Of a stretch of DNA of 64,000 nt, positions 26,590 to 36,035 are shown in pieces (position 1 is the first letter of the stretch; each line of letters opens with the position of its first letter). This stretch comes from Clostridia bacterium (GTDB lineage: Bacteria > Bacillota > Clostridia > Oscillospirales > CAG-272): NCBI GenBank assembly GCA_017466375.1, contig JAFTUH010000066.1:18038-82037 (forward strand), given 5' to 3'. The position numbers were made by a program, and so were the translations under genes. The notes under the pieces were generated by a model, which had not been told where the DNA came from, made no database searches, and saw nothing but the letters and a program-made list of their open reading frames with translations.

Positions 26590-27366
26590 ATGTACAACGA
26601 AAGACGGGAACGGATCCGCGATCTGCTCGGCACAAAGCCGTTCGTTTCCATCAAAGAGCTGGAAGCTATGTTCCCCAAAGTATCCGGCATGACCCTGCGG
26701 CGTGATATCGAATACTTTGAACTGCAGGGCGAGGCCATCAAGGTACGCGGCGGCGCCCGTTCCACAAAATTTATCACAACGTCCACGGACGATACGATCA
26801 CCACGCGTATGCACGAAAACGTGGAGTCCAAAGAGAAGATTGCACGGCGTGCCGCATCTCTGCTGGAAACGGGTCGCTCGATTTTCATCGACTCCGGATC
26901 AACTCTCCAGCGGATCGTTCCGTACGTTCCGAATGAGCGCTTTACGTTCACCACGACGAATCCGATGGCGGCGCTTGAACTGTGCAAGATCGGTCTTCCG
27001 ATCGTCAACATCGTCGGCGGCAAGCTGGACCGCGATTATCAGACGGTGACCGGTATGCACGCAATGCATTTCCTTTCCGATATCAATATTGATATCGCGT
27101 TTCTCTCCCCGTCCGGTCTGTCCCTGAAAAGCGGATTCACCGGCGGTAACTACAGCGAATGCGAGCTGAAGCGGGTTGTAGTTGAGAAAGCGCGCCTCGT
27201 CGTTATCCTGCTTGACGGCTCCAAATTTGATAAGAGTCTCCCCTATACCTTCTGCCACATGGATCAGGTACACGTCATCATCACGGACGCCCCCCTGCCC
27301 CAGGAAATGATGGCGCTTGCCAACGAACACGGCATCCGCGTCATCAACGTGTGCGAGGAAGATTAA
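26590..27366 (+). CDS. DeoR/GlpR family transcriptional regulator
   Basis: 258 aa. N-terminal wHTH (RRERIRDLL..VSIKELEAMFPKVSGMTLRRDIEYF) and a C-terminal DeoR sugar-binding-type domain (IDSGSTL). Confidence 0.88.
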   Translation: MYNERRERIRDLLGTKPFVSIKELEAMFPKVSGMTLRRDIEYFELQGEAIKVRGGARSTKFITTSTDDTITTRMHENVESKEKIARRAASLLETGRSIFIDSGSTLQRIVPYVPNERFTFTTTNPMAALELCKIGLPIVNIVGGKLDRDYQTVTGMHAMHFLSDINIDIAFLSPSGLSLKSGFTGGNYSECELKRVVVEKARLVVILLDGSKFDKSLPYTFCHMDQVHVIITDAPLPQEMMALANEHGIRVINVCEED

Positions 27367-27436
27367 ACCGAAGGTATTCCGGCACCGCCGGATCCGATAT
27401 AAACACATAAACTATTCATGAAAGGAATGATTTACA

Positions 27437-28747
27437 TTGGCAACACCCGTAATTATGCCCCGTCAGGGACAGAGCGTTGAGAGCTGCATCATCACCGCCT
27501 GGAACAAAAAGGTCGGTGACACCGTTGCAGAGGGCGATATCCTGTTCTCCTACGAGACGGATAAGTCCGCTTTCGACGAGCCGGCACAGGTAAGCGGTAC
27601 GATCCTTGCGATCCTCGCAAACGACGGTGACGTCGTTCCCTGTCTCGACACCGTATGCTACATCGGTGAGGCAGGCGAGGACATCTCCGCGCTTGTAAAG
27701 GCTGACGCTCCCGCAGCAGCAGCTCCGGCAGCAGAAGAAAAGAAAGAGGAGGCTCCTGCAGCAGCAGCAGCTCCGGCAGCAGCTCCCGCAGTCGCTACCA
27801 AGGCTGAAGGCGATATGATCCGCATCTCCCCGCGTGCAAAGAATCTTGCACTCCAGAGCGGCGTCGATATGACGAAGGTCGTTCCGACCGGTCCTCACGG
27901 CCGCATCATCGAGCGCGACATCAATGCCGCACTGGATGCAGGCTTTGTTGCAAACGCAGCCGCAGTCGAGGCATTCCTCGCGGGCAATCCGATCGTCACC
28001 GAGGAAGAGGCTCCGGCAGCCGCAGCTCCCGCAGCAGCAGCTCCGGTTGCAGACGACGTTCTCGCTTACACCGAGGAGCCGATGACCGGCATCCGCAAGG
28101 TCATCTCCCGTCAGATGCACGCTTCCCTCTCCGAGATGGCACAGCTCACGCTGAACTCCTCCTTCGACGCTACGGCTATGATGAACTTCCGTGCAACGCT
28201 GAAGGCAAACGGCGAGGCTATGGGTCTCGGCAAGATCTCTTTGAACGACATGGTGCTCTATGCCGTATCCCGCACACTTCTGAACCATCCGACCATCAAT
28301 GCAAACCTGGTCGGCGAAAATTTCCGTCTCTTCAAGCATGCCAACATCGGTATGGCTGTTGACACCGAGCGCGGACTGCTCGTTCCCACCATCTTCGGCG
28401 CGGAGAAGATGTCTCTCGCAGAGATCTCCGCAGCAGCGAAGGGTGCTGCCGCTAAGGCACGCGACGGTAAGCTCTCTCCCGATGAGATGTCGGGCGGCTC
28501 CTTCACCGTTACCAACCTCGGTTCTATGGGCGTTGAATCCTTCACGCCTGTTATCAACCCGCCGCAGACCGCGATCCTCGGCGTTTGTGCAATCACCCAG
28601 CGTGTACGCGCAGACGGCACGACGTATCCGGCTATGGGTCTCTCCCTCACCTTCGACCACCGCGCAGTGGACGGCGCTCCGGCTGCCCGCTTCCTGGCTG
28701 ATCTCTGCAAGGCTTTGGAGAACTTCGGTCTGCTTCTGGCGAAATAA
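27437..28747 (+). CDS. 2-oxoacid dehydrogenase E2 (dihydrolipoamide acyltransferase)
   Basis: TTG start. Lipoyl domain with ETDKS, Ala/Pro linkers, a peripheral-subunit-binding domain (RISPRAKNLA) and the catalytic motif DHRAVDGAPAARFL. Confidence 0.92.
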   Translation: MATPVIMPRQGQSVESCIITAWNKKVGDTVAEGDILFSYETDKSAFDEPAQVSGTILAILANDGDVVPCLDTVCYIGEAGEDISALVKADAPAAAAPAAEEKKEEAPAAAAAPAAAPAVATKAEGDMIRISPRAKNLALQSGVDMTKVVPTGPHGRIIERDINAALDAGFVANAAAVEAFLAGNPIVTEEEAPAAAAPAAAAPVADDVLAYTEEPMTGIRKVISRQMHASLSEMAQLTLNSSFDATAMMNFRATLKANGEAMGLGKISLNDMVLYAVSRTLLNHPTINANLVGENFRLFKHANIGMAVDTERGLLVPTIFGAEKMSLAEISAAAKGAAAKARDGKLSPDEMSGGSFTVTNLGSMGVESFTPVINPPQTAILGVCAITQRVRADGTTYPAMGLSLTFDHRAVDGAPAARFLADLCKALENFGLLLAK

Positions 28748-28762
28748 GGAGGACAAAACAGC

Positions 28763-30136
28763 ATGATTTACGATCTGATCGTACTGGGCGGCGGTCCTGC
28801 CGGCTACAATGCGGCTGAGCGCGCGGCGCACGGCGGCATGAAGACGCTCCTCTTCGAAGAGAGAGCACTCGGCGGCGTCTGCCTGAATGAGGGATGCATC
28901 CCGACCAAGACTCTGCTTTATTCCGCGAAGATCTACGACTATGCGCACCACGGCGATGCGTACGGCGTAACCGTTACCGGTGCGTCCATTGATCACGCCA
29001 AGGTTGTTGAGCGCAAGGAGAAGGTCGTTCGCACGCTCGTTTCCGGTATCGGCTCCAAGATGAAGGGGGCAGGCGTCACCGTTGTCGCTTCCACCGCTGT
29101 CATCACGGGCAAAACCGCAGACGGCTTCACCGTCAAGAGCGGCGATGATACCTACACCGCAAAACAGCTCCTCATCTGCACCGGTTCTTCTGCGGCTGTT
29201 CCGCCGATCCCGGGTCTGAAGGAATCTGTTGAGAGCGGATTTGCTGTTACCAACCGCGAGATCCTTGATCTCAAGGTTGCTCCGAAGCGTATCGCTGTCG
29301 TCGGCGGCGGCGTTATCGGTTTGGAGATGGCTTCCTACTTCAACTCTATCGGCTCCGAGGTCACCGTCATCGAGATGATGGACAAGATCGCCGGTCCTAC
29401 GGACAAGGAGATCTCCGCCCTGCTTCAGAAGAACTACGCCAAGAAGGGCGTCAAGTTCCTCCTCGGCGCAAAGGTTACCGCAATCAACGGCAAGCCGAAT
29501 GACGGCACCGTTACCTGCGAGATCGCCGGCAAGGAAGAAAAGATTCCCGCAGATCTCGTTCTCGTCAGCGTCGGCCGCCGTGCACGCACTGCCGGCATCG
29601 GTCTGGAATCCGTCGGCGTTCTCACTGAGCGCGGCGCAATCGTCACCGATGAGTACAGCCGTACCTCCGTCCCGGGCATCTGGGCAGCAGGCGACGTCAA
29701 CGGCAAGAGCATGCTGGCGCACACCGCATACCGCGAGGGTGAGGTTGCTGTCAACAACATGCTCGGCAAGAAGGATCGCGTAGACTACCGCTCCATTCCG
29801 GCTGTTATCTACACGAATCCCGAGGTTGCTTCCGTCGGTGAGACGGTTGAGTCCGCCGCTAAGGCAGGTATCAAGGCTACCGAGCACACCGTTTCCCTCC
29901 GTTACAGCGGCCGTTACATCGCTGAGAACGAGGGCGGCGACGGTTTCGTGAAGATCGTCATCGGCGAGCATCGCGAGATCCTCGGCGTACACATGATCGG
30001 CTCGTATGCATCCGAGATTATCTTCGGCGCGGCAGCTATGGTTGCCAAGGCTGAAAGAGTTGAGGACGTACGCAAGATCGTATTCCCGCATCCGTCCGTC
30101 TGCGAAGTCATTCGCGAAGGAATGTTCATGATCTAA
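28763..30136 (+). CDS. lpdA: Dihydrolipoyl dehydrogenase (E3)
   Basis: 457 aa. DLIVLGGGPAGY, redox disulfide GGVCLNEGCIPTK, second Rossmann segment VVGGGVIGLE, and C-terminal HPS..E. Confidence 0.95.
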   Translation: MIYDLIVLGGGPAGYNAAERAAHGGMKTLLFEERALGGVCLNEGCIPTKTLLYSAKIYDYAHHGDAYGVTVTGASIDHAKVVERKEKVVRTLVSGIGSKMKGAGVTVVASTAVITGKTADGFTVKSGDDTYTAKQLLICTGSSAAVPPIPGLKESVESGFAVTNREILDLKVAPKRIAVVGGGVIGLEMASYFNSIGSEVTVIEMMDKIAGPTDKEISALLQKNYAKKGVKFLLGAKVTAINGKPNDGTVTCEIAGKEEKIPADLVLVSVGRRARTAGIGLESVGVLTERGAIVTDEYSRTSVPGIWAAGDVNGKSMLAHTAYREGEVAVNNMLGKKDRVDYRSIPAVIYTNPEVASVGETVESAAKAGIKATEHTVSLRYSGRYIAENEGGDGFVKIVIGEHREILGVHMIGSYASEIIFGAAAMVAKAERVEDVRKIVFPHPSVCEVIREGMFMI

Positions 30137-30306
30137 ACCTCACACAAAAAGCTGCGCTTTTCGTGTGGTGAGCATCGTGCGCTCGCGCCATCGCGCCTGC
30201 CTTCAGCAGTCACTCGCGATGCTTTAATGAGTTTTATCCGCGGTACACGCCCGCCGGATAAAACAGATTCAATTGTATCTATAAATACATAAAAGGAGAT
30301 ATAACC

Positions 30307-32793
30307 ATGCCTAAGAGTCAATACGTGGATCCCGGTAAAGTATTTGTACCCGGTTCCATCACGTTCACCGACATCCCCTCTTGTCAGTACAAGAAGACCC
30401 TCGCACAGGAGAAGAAGATCTACACGAAGGACGACTTCCTCCGCATCTACCGCGATATGCGCATCATCCGCGAGTTCGAGACGATGCTCAACGATATCAA
30501 GGTAAAGAGCGAGTACAACGGCATCAAGTACAACAACCCCGGTCCGGCTCACCTTTCCATCGGTCAGGAGGCTTCCGCTGTCGGTGAGGCTTACTGCCTG
30601 GACATCAACGACTTCACCTTCGGTTCCCACCGTTCCCACGGCGAGATCCTCGCAAAGGGTCTCTCCTCCATCCACAAGCTGGATGACGCAGAGCTCTACG
30701 ACATCATGAAGGACTTCTTCGGCGGCGATATTCTGAAGGTCGTTGAGGGCAAGCAGGAGAAGGCAGGCGACGTCCGCGACCTCGCTATCGACTTCCTCCT
30801 CTACGGCGCACTGGCTGAGATCTTCGCTCGTACCACCGGTTTCAACCGCGGTCTCGGCGGATCCATGCACGCGTTCTTCATCCCGTTCGGTATCTTCCCG
30901 AACAACGCAATCGTCGGCGGTGCCGCTCCGGTTGCACTCGGTGCTGCTCTGTACAAGAGAGCAAACCACAAGAAGGGTATCGTAATCGCTAACTCCGGTG
31001 ACGGTGCTACCGGCCGCGGTCCCGTTCTCGAGGCTCTGAACATGTCCGCTATGCGTCAGATCACGGAGCTTTGGGGCATGGACGGCAAGTACTCCTCCGA
31101 CGGTATGCCGATTCTCTTCAACGTATTCAACAACTTCTACGGCATGGGCGGTCAGACCCAGGGCGAGACGATGGCTTACGACTCTCCCGCACGTCTCGGT
31201 GCCGGCTTCAACGTTGCACAGCTCCATGCTGAGCGCGTAAACGGCTACGATCCGCTTGCTGTTATCGACGCTACCACCCGTAAGAAGGAACTCCTCCTTG
31301 CAGGTAAGGGTCCGGCTCTCCTTGAGGTCGCTACCTACCGTATCAGCGGTCACTCCCCGTCCGACTCCTCCACCTACCGTACCGCAGAGGAGATCGAGGC
31401 TTGGAAGGCAGCTTGCCCGATCGCCGCTTACCGCGCAAAGATGGTCAAGGGCGGCATCGCTACCGACGAAGAGTTCGCAGCTATCGAGGAATCCATCGTT
31501 CGCCGTATGGAGAAGATCTGCAAGCTTGCCATCGACGATGAGCTCTCCCCGAGAATGGATCTCGACAAGGATCCCGCAATGATCTCCTCCCTCATGTTCT
31601 CCAACAACTCCGTCAAGAGCATGGATCCCACCCGCGAGCCCGAAGTTCTCATGCCGAAGGAAGAGAACCCGCGCGTTAAGCAGCTCGCTACCAAGGCTCG
31701 CTACGCTTACGACGAGAAGGGTGCCGCTATTCCGAAGATCAAACTGTTCGGTGTCCGTGACGCAATCTTTGAGTCCATCCTTGACAAGTTCTACGAGGAT
31801 CCGACCACGATCGCTTACGGTGAGGACAACCGTGACTGGGGCGGCGCATTTGCTGTTTACCGCGGTCTGACCGAGGCTCTTCCCTACCACCGCTTCTTCA
31901 ACTCCCCGATCTCCGAGTCCGCTATCGTCGGTTCCGCCGTCGGTTACGCAATGGCAGGCGGCCGTGCGATCGTTGAGCTGATGTACGCTGACTTCATCGG
32001 CTGCGCAGGCGACGAGATCTTCAACCAGCTCTCCAAGTGGCAGTCCATGTCCGCAGGCATCCTGAAGATGCCCGTCGTTATCCGCGTTTCTGTCGGTTCC
32101 AAGTACGGTGCTCAGCACTCTCAGGACTGGACCGCACTGACCGCGCATATCCCGGGTCTGAAGGTCTGCTTCCCCTCCACGCCTTACGATGCAAAGGGTC
32201 TCATGAACGCAGCTCTCGCAGGCACCGACCCCGTCATCTTCTTCGAGTCCCAGAGAATCTACGACAAGGGTGAGGAGTTCCACAAGGAAGGCGTTCCGAC
32301 CGAGTACTACGAGGTTCCCTTCGGTGAACCCGACGTTAAGCGCGAGGGTAAGGATGTTACGATCCTGACCATCGGTGCCGTTCTGTACCGCGCTATGGAT
32401 GCCGCAAAGATCCTCGAGGAGAAGTACGGCATTTCCGCTGAGGTCATCGACACCCGCTCCATCGTTCCGTTCAACTATGAGAAGGTTCTCGAGAGCGTTA
32501 AGAAGACCGGCCGTATCATCATCGTCGGTGACGCTGTTGACCGTAACTCCGTCATGCGTGACATGGCTTCCAACATCGCTGAGATGGCATTCGACTACCT
32601 CGATGCTCCGCCGGTTGTATTCGGTTCCCGCAACTGGATCACGCCCGCATTCGAGCTTGAGAAGTACTTCTTCCCGCAGGCTGACGGCATCGTAGACGTC
32701 ATCTGCCAGAAGATCATGCCGATCGCAGGTCACGTTTGCACCATCAACGAGAGCGAGATCGAGCACATCGAGCGCAACAAGAAGGGTATCTGA
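30307..32793 (+). CDS. Fused E1 alpha-beta subunit of a TPP-dependent 2-oxoacid dehydrogenase
   Basis: 828 aa. The N-terminal half is E1-alpha-like (GSHRSHGEIL, NSGDGATGRG). The C-terminal half is E1-beta/transketolase-like (YGEDNRDWGGAF, SPISESAIVGSAVGYAMAGG). Confidence 0.88.
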   Translation: MPKSQYVDPGKVFVPGSITFTDIPSCQYKKTLAQEKKIYTKDDFLRIYRDMRIIREFETMLNDIKVKSEYNGIKYNNPGPAHLSIGQEASAVGEAYCLDINDFTFGSHRSHGEILAKGLSSIHKLDDAELYDIMKDFFGGDILKVVEGKQEKAGDVRDLAIDFLLYGALAEIFARTTGFNRGLGGSMHAFFIPFGIFPNNAIVGGAAPVALGAALYKRANHKKGIVIANSGDGATGRGPVLEALNMSAMRQITELWGMDGKYSSDGMPILFNVFNNFYGMGGQTQGETMAYDSPARLGAGFNVAQLHAERVNGYDPLAVIDATTRKKELLLAGKGPALLEVATYRISGHSPSDSSTYRTAEEIEAWKAACPIAAYRAKMVKGGIATDEEFAAIEESIVRRMEKICKLAIDDELSPRMDLDKDPAMISSLMFSNNSVKSMDPTREPEVLMPKEENPRVKQLATKARYAYDEKGAAIPKIKLFGVRDAIFESILDKFYEDPTTIAYGEDNRDWGGAFAVYRGLTEALPYHRFFNSPISESAIVGSAVGYAMAGGRAIVELMYADFIGCAGDEIFNQLSKWQSMSAGILKMPVVIRVSVGSKYGAQHSQDWTALTAHIPGLKVCFPSTPYDAKGLMNAALAGTDPVIFFESQRIYDKGEEFHKEGVPTEYYEVPFGEPDVKREGKDVTILTIGAVLYRAMDAAKILEEKYGISAEVIDTRSIVPFNYEKVLESVKKTGRIIIVGDAVDRNSVMRDMASNIAEMAFDYLDAPPVVFGSRNWITPAFELEKYFFPQADGIVDVICQKIMPIAGHVCTINESEIEHIERNKKGI

Positions 32794-32806
32794 TTCTGAT
32801 TCCCAT

Positions 32807-32843
32807 GATCCCCGTGGAGGAAACTCCATGGGGATCTTTTTTT
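32807..32843 (+). terminator. Rho-independent terminator after the E1 gene
   Basis: 13-bp stem GATCCCCGTGGAG / CTCCATGGGGATC (one G-T pair), then T7. Confidence 0.85.
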
Positions 32844-32849
32844 CGTGAG

Positions 32850-32878
32850 TTGACAAAGACGGGCGGGAATGTTATAAT
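32850..32878 (+). promoter_or_regulatory. Sigma-70-type promoter for the radical-SAM gene
   Basis: TTGACA (32850-55), 17 nt, TATAAT (32873-78). Full consensus. Confidence 0.7.
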
Positions 32879-32909
32879 GAGATAACTGATATTTCAAGGG
32901 AGAAGCGCT

Positions 32910-34631
32910 ATGACCGATGTACTGTTTATCACGCCTACCGCATCTAAAAATGCGTTTGACGAATCGCTCGGCACCCTAATTCTCACAACGATTTTGCGCG
33001 AGAAGGGCGTGCAGGCGGATATTCTGTCCTTCCACCGCATCGGAGATACGGCGGATTTCGCTGCATTTCTCACATCCGCACAAGAGAAAATTACCGCGGC
33101 AAAGCCGAAAATCGTCTCCTTCTATACGCGCTGTGACTGCTACCATATCATGCTGAAAATCGCCGAGGCGGTAAAAGAAAAGCTCGGCTGCTACATCGTT
33201 TTCGCCGGTCCGCAGGCGGATATCACCGCCAAAGAAACGATTGCGGAAATTCCGTACGTCGATTTCGTCTGCTGCGGCGAGGGAGAAACGACGGTCTACC
33301 CGCTCTTCTCCTCCCTGCTCCGCGGTGAGCCGGATCTCACCGTGCGCGGTCTCGTCTTCCGCGGCAAGGAGGGCGTCACCGTCAATCCGCGTCCAGACCT
33401 GATCGCGGATCTGGATAATTCCCCGCTTGTGGATTATTCGCTTTTCGGCGAAAATGCTGTCTACGACACGTCCGAGCCGTTTCCGATCGATGTCGGCCGC
33501 GGCTGTCCGTTCGGCTGCACCTACTGCAGTACGAACAATTTCTGGGGGCGTAAATACCGTCTCAAATCCCCCGGCCGGATCGTAGAGGAGATCAGATACT
33601 ACCATGATCGCTACGGCGTGGAGTATTTCGCCTTCGAGCACGATATGTTCACCATGAACAAAAAGCAGGTGACCGAAACGTGCCGCCTGATGCGTGAACT
33701 GGATTTTCCCGTAAAGTGGAAGTGCAGTGCGCGTATCGACTGCATTGACAAAGACCTGATCGATACAATGACGGACGCAGGTCTGAAGCAGTTGTACATC
33801 GGTATCGAAACCGGCTCGCCGCGGATGCAGAAGCTCATCAACAAAAACCTGAAATTGGACGGCGTACTCGATATGCTCTCCTATATCACGTCCAAAAATC
33901 TCAACGTCATCGTATCGTTTATTTACGGATTTCCCGAGGAGACGGAGCAAGACGTTTCACAGACGCTTTCACTGATTACCGATATCTTGAATCTGAAACG
34001 GGTCACGGTACAAACGCATCTCTGCACATTTCTGCCCGGCACGGAGCTGTCCCAGCGGTACAAGGATGAACTGGTGCCCGCCGAGACGTTTTCCGACATC
34101 ACGGGTACGGCGGCAATCGCGGAATGTGCCGACTTGATCGATGCGCATCCGAATCTCTTCTGGCATTTCAGCGAATACAAAACGGAACTCCGTGAAAGAC
34201 TTTCCTATTTCACGCACTTCGTTCGCTTTTTCAAGCTGATGCTGCCGGTCTACCGACATTATATGAATCACTACTATACCAAGGACAATCTTTTCCGGAT
34301 GTACTGCGACTTTGTTGCCGTCAACGGGGATAATCTGCGAGGTGAAGGCAAAACAAGCGAAAAACTCCTCCGTATTCTCAAAAACGACGGCATGCTGAAG
34401 GAATTCGCCAAGGATCCGTGTGCCGATATGCTGGCGGATGCATACCGTCTGCGCAACGCCAGACTGTCTGTGGTGGAAAACCGAGTTTCGAGCGCGATGG
34501 AAATCACCTGTATCTCCCCGATCGATCTGGAACGGTGTGAGAATCTTGCCGACTGTCCGCGCGGTCTCTACATGGTTACTTATACGAAGGATGCAAACGG
34601 AGCACTGCAGACTTCCGTTCGCAGAACATAA
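32910..34631 (+). CDS. B12-binding-domain radical SAM protein (class B)
   Basis: 573 aa. N-terminal cobalamin-binding-like Rossmann domain, radical-SAM cluster motif GRGCPFGCTYCS, and about 190 aa of unassigned C-terminus. Confidence 0.82.
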   Translation: MTDVLFITPTASKNAFDESLGTLILTTILREKGVQADILSFHRIGDTADFAAFLTSAQEKITAAKPKIVSFYTRCDCYHIMLKIAEAVKEKLGCYIVFAGPQADITAKETIAEIPYVDFVCCGEGETTVYPLFSSLLRGEPDLTVRGLVFRGKEGVTVNPRPDLIADLDNSPLVDYSLFGENAVYDTSEPFPIDVGRGCPFGCTYCSTNNFWGRKYRLKSPGRIVEEIRYYHDRYGVEYFAFEHDMFTMNKKQVTETCRLMRELDFPVKWKCSARIDCIDKDLIDTMTDAGLKQLYIGIETGSPRMQKLINKNLKLDGVLDMLSYITSKNLNVIVSFIYGFPEETEQDVSQTLSLITDILNLKRVTVQTHLCTFLPGTELSQRYKDELVPAETFSDITGTAAIAECADLIDAHPNLFWHFSEYKTELRERLSYFTHFVRFFKLMLPVYRHYMNHYYTKDNLFRMYCDFVAVNGDNLRGEGKTSEKLLRILKNDGMLKEFAKDPCADMLADAYRLRNARLSVVENRVSSAMEITCISPIDLERCENLADCPRGLYMVTYTKDANGALQTSVRRT

Positions 34632-34633
34632 AA

Positions 34634-34672
34634 ACAGCCCGTCTTCCAATGAAGGCGGGCTGTTTCTGTTTT
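34634..34672. terminator. Shared terminator between the convergent radical-SAM and aldo/keto-reductase genes
   Basis: Stem ACAGCCCG / CGGGCTGT with an inner stem CTTC / GAAG, then TTTCTGTTTT. An A-run on the other side. Confidence 0.75.
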
Positions 34673-34681
34673 GGAAAAACG

Positions 34682-35695
34682 TTACTCACCGAAATCCGCG
34701 GCGGCGCGCTTCAGCATCTGACGGATCGGCAGATTGTACGGGCACCGAGGCTCACATGCACCGCAGTCGATGCACGCACTCGCCTTGACCTGCAGGGTGG
34801 AATACCGATCATGCGCCCAATCGGCGAGATTATACCGCTGAAGATACCCCGCAAAGAGGAATACCGACGGAATCGAAATCCCGACAGTACACGGTGCGCA
34901 ATAGTTGCAGCGTCGGCAGAAATTCTCGCCGAGCTGTGCGCGGACGGACGCAATCGCGTCAAGCTCTGCCTTTGTGAGAGGCTCCATATTTTCCGCGGCG
35001 GCTGTGTTCTGCTGAACCTCCTCGGCGCAGTACATACCGGGGATAACAATGCTGACAGCAGGATTCGCAAGTGCAAATCGCATGGCAAGAGTCCCGTCCT
35101 CAATCGCGCCGCCTGCCATCGGCTTCATCGCGATAAAGCCGATGTTTTTCTCCTTACAAAGCGCAATCAGCTCATCGCCCTGCGTCTCAACGATATTATA
35201 CGGGAACATGACCGTTTCCACAAAATCAAGTTCCAGTGCGCGGCGGAAAACCTCGGCAGAATGCGCCGTAAGTCCGATATGACGGATCTTCCCTGCCGCT
35301 TTCGCATCCATGAGTGCTTCCAGCGCACCGCCTTCGGCAAGAACCGTCTCCAGCTGTGCCATGTTCGGATTGTGAATCTGATACAGATCGATCACGTCCG
35401 TGCGCAGATTTTCAAGACTTATGCCGATATCCCGCGCCATATCCTCTTTCGTCCGCGCCATGCTCTTGGATGCCAGAATGAACTGCTCCCGCAGCCCCTC
35501 CTTTTCCAGCGCATAGCCGATATATTCTTCACTGACGGTATACATCCGTGCGGAATCAATATAATTGATGCCAGCATCATAAACAGCGCGCAGAAGTGCG
35601 GGTGCCTCCTCTTTCGTGATCCGCTGGATCGGAATACCTCCGAATCCGACACGGGATACGGTGAGTCCCGTCTTCCCGAGAACAGTCATTTCCAT
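34682..35695 (-). CDS. Aldo/keto reductase with a C-terminal 4Fe-4S-binding domain
   Basis: 337 aa. N-terminal AKR motifs (LGKTGLTVSRVGFGG, INYIDSARMY). C-terminal Cys clusters CRRCNYCAPC and CIDCGACEPRCP. Confidence 0.85.
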   Translation of the reverse strand: MEMTVLGKTGLTVSRVGFGGIPIQRITKEEAPALLRAVYDAGINYIDSARMYTVSEEYIGYALEKEGLREQFILASKSMARTKEDMARDIGISLENLRTDVIDLYQIHNPNMAQLETVLAEGGALEALMDAKAAGKIRHIGLTAHSAEVFRRALELDFVETVMFPYNIVETQGDELIALCKEKNIGFIAMKPMAGGAIEDGTLAMRFALANPAVSIVIPGMYCAEEVQQNTAAAENMEPLTKAELDAIASVRAQLGENFCRRCNYCAPCTVGISIPSVFLFAGYLQRYNLADWAHDRYSTLQVKASACIDCGACEPRCPYNLPIRQMLKRAAADFGE

Positions 35696-35838
35696 CGTTT
35701 GCTCCTTTTATGTATCCCAATGATTTCATCTGTATTTATTATACCTGTTCGCACCTTTTTTTGCAATCCCGTTTCAACAAAAATATCCGTCGGATATCAA
35801 AATCTTTTTGTAAAATAGCGTATATTTGTGAATCCCTA

Positions 35839-35866
35839 TTGACTTTCTCATTTTTTGAGTTATAAT
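35839..35866 (+). promoter_or_regulatory. Sigma-70-type promoter of the decarboxylase operon
   Basis: TTGACT (35839-44), 16 nt, TATAAT (35861-66). Leaves a 5' UTR of about 165 nt. Confidence 0.55.
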
Positions 35867-36035
35867 TATAAAGGTGAATTTTGGCAATTCAGCACGATAT
35901 CCGTTTGCCTGTCGAAAATAGCGTATGATTATGCATCCGCGGCGGAACACTGTTTGCGAATATGAACACACGCTCGGCAGACGGAAAACGGCGTATGTAT
36001 TGCCGATCACAAATCTCCAAAAAAAGGAGTGTACC

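Noticed and set aside
27416-32856. Two minus-strand ORFs of 891 aa (27416-30091) and 907 aa (30133-32856).
   Set aside because: They are the codon-aligned antisense of E2/E3 (27437 and 28763, both 2 mod 3) and of the fused E1 (30307, 1 mod 3). Their translations have no motifs, while the sense genes are certain.
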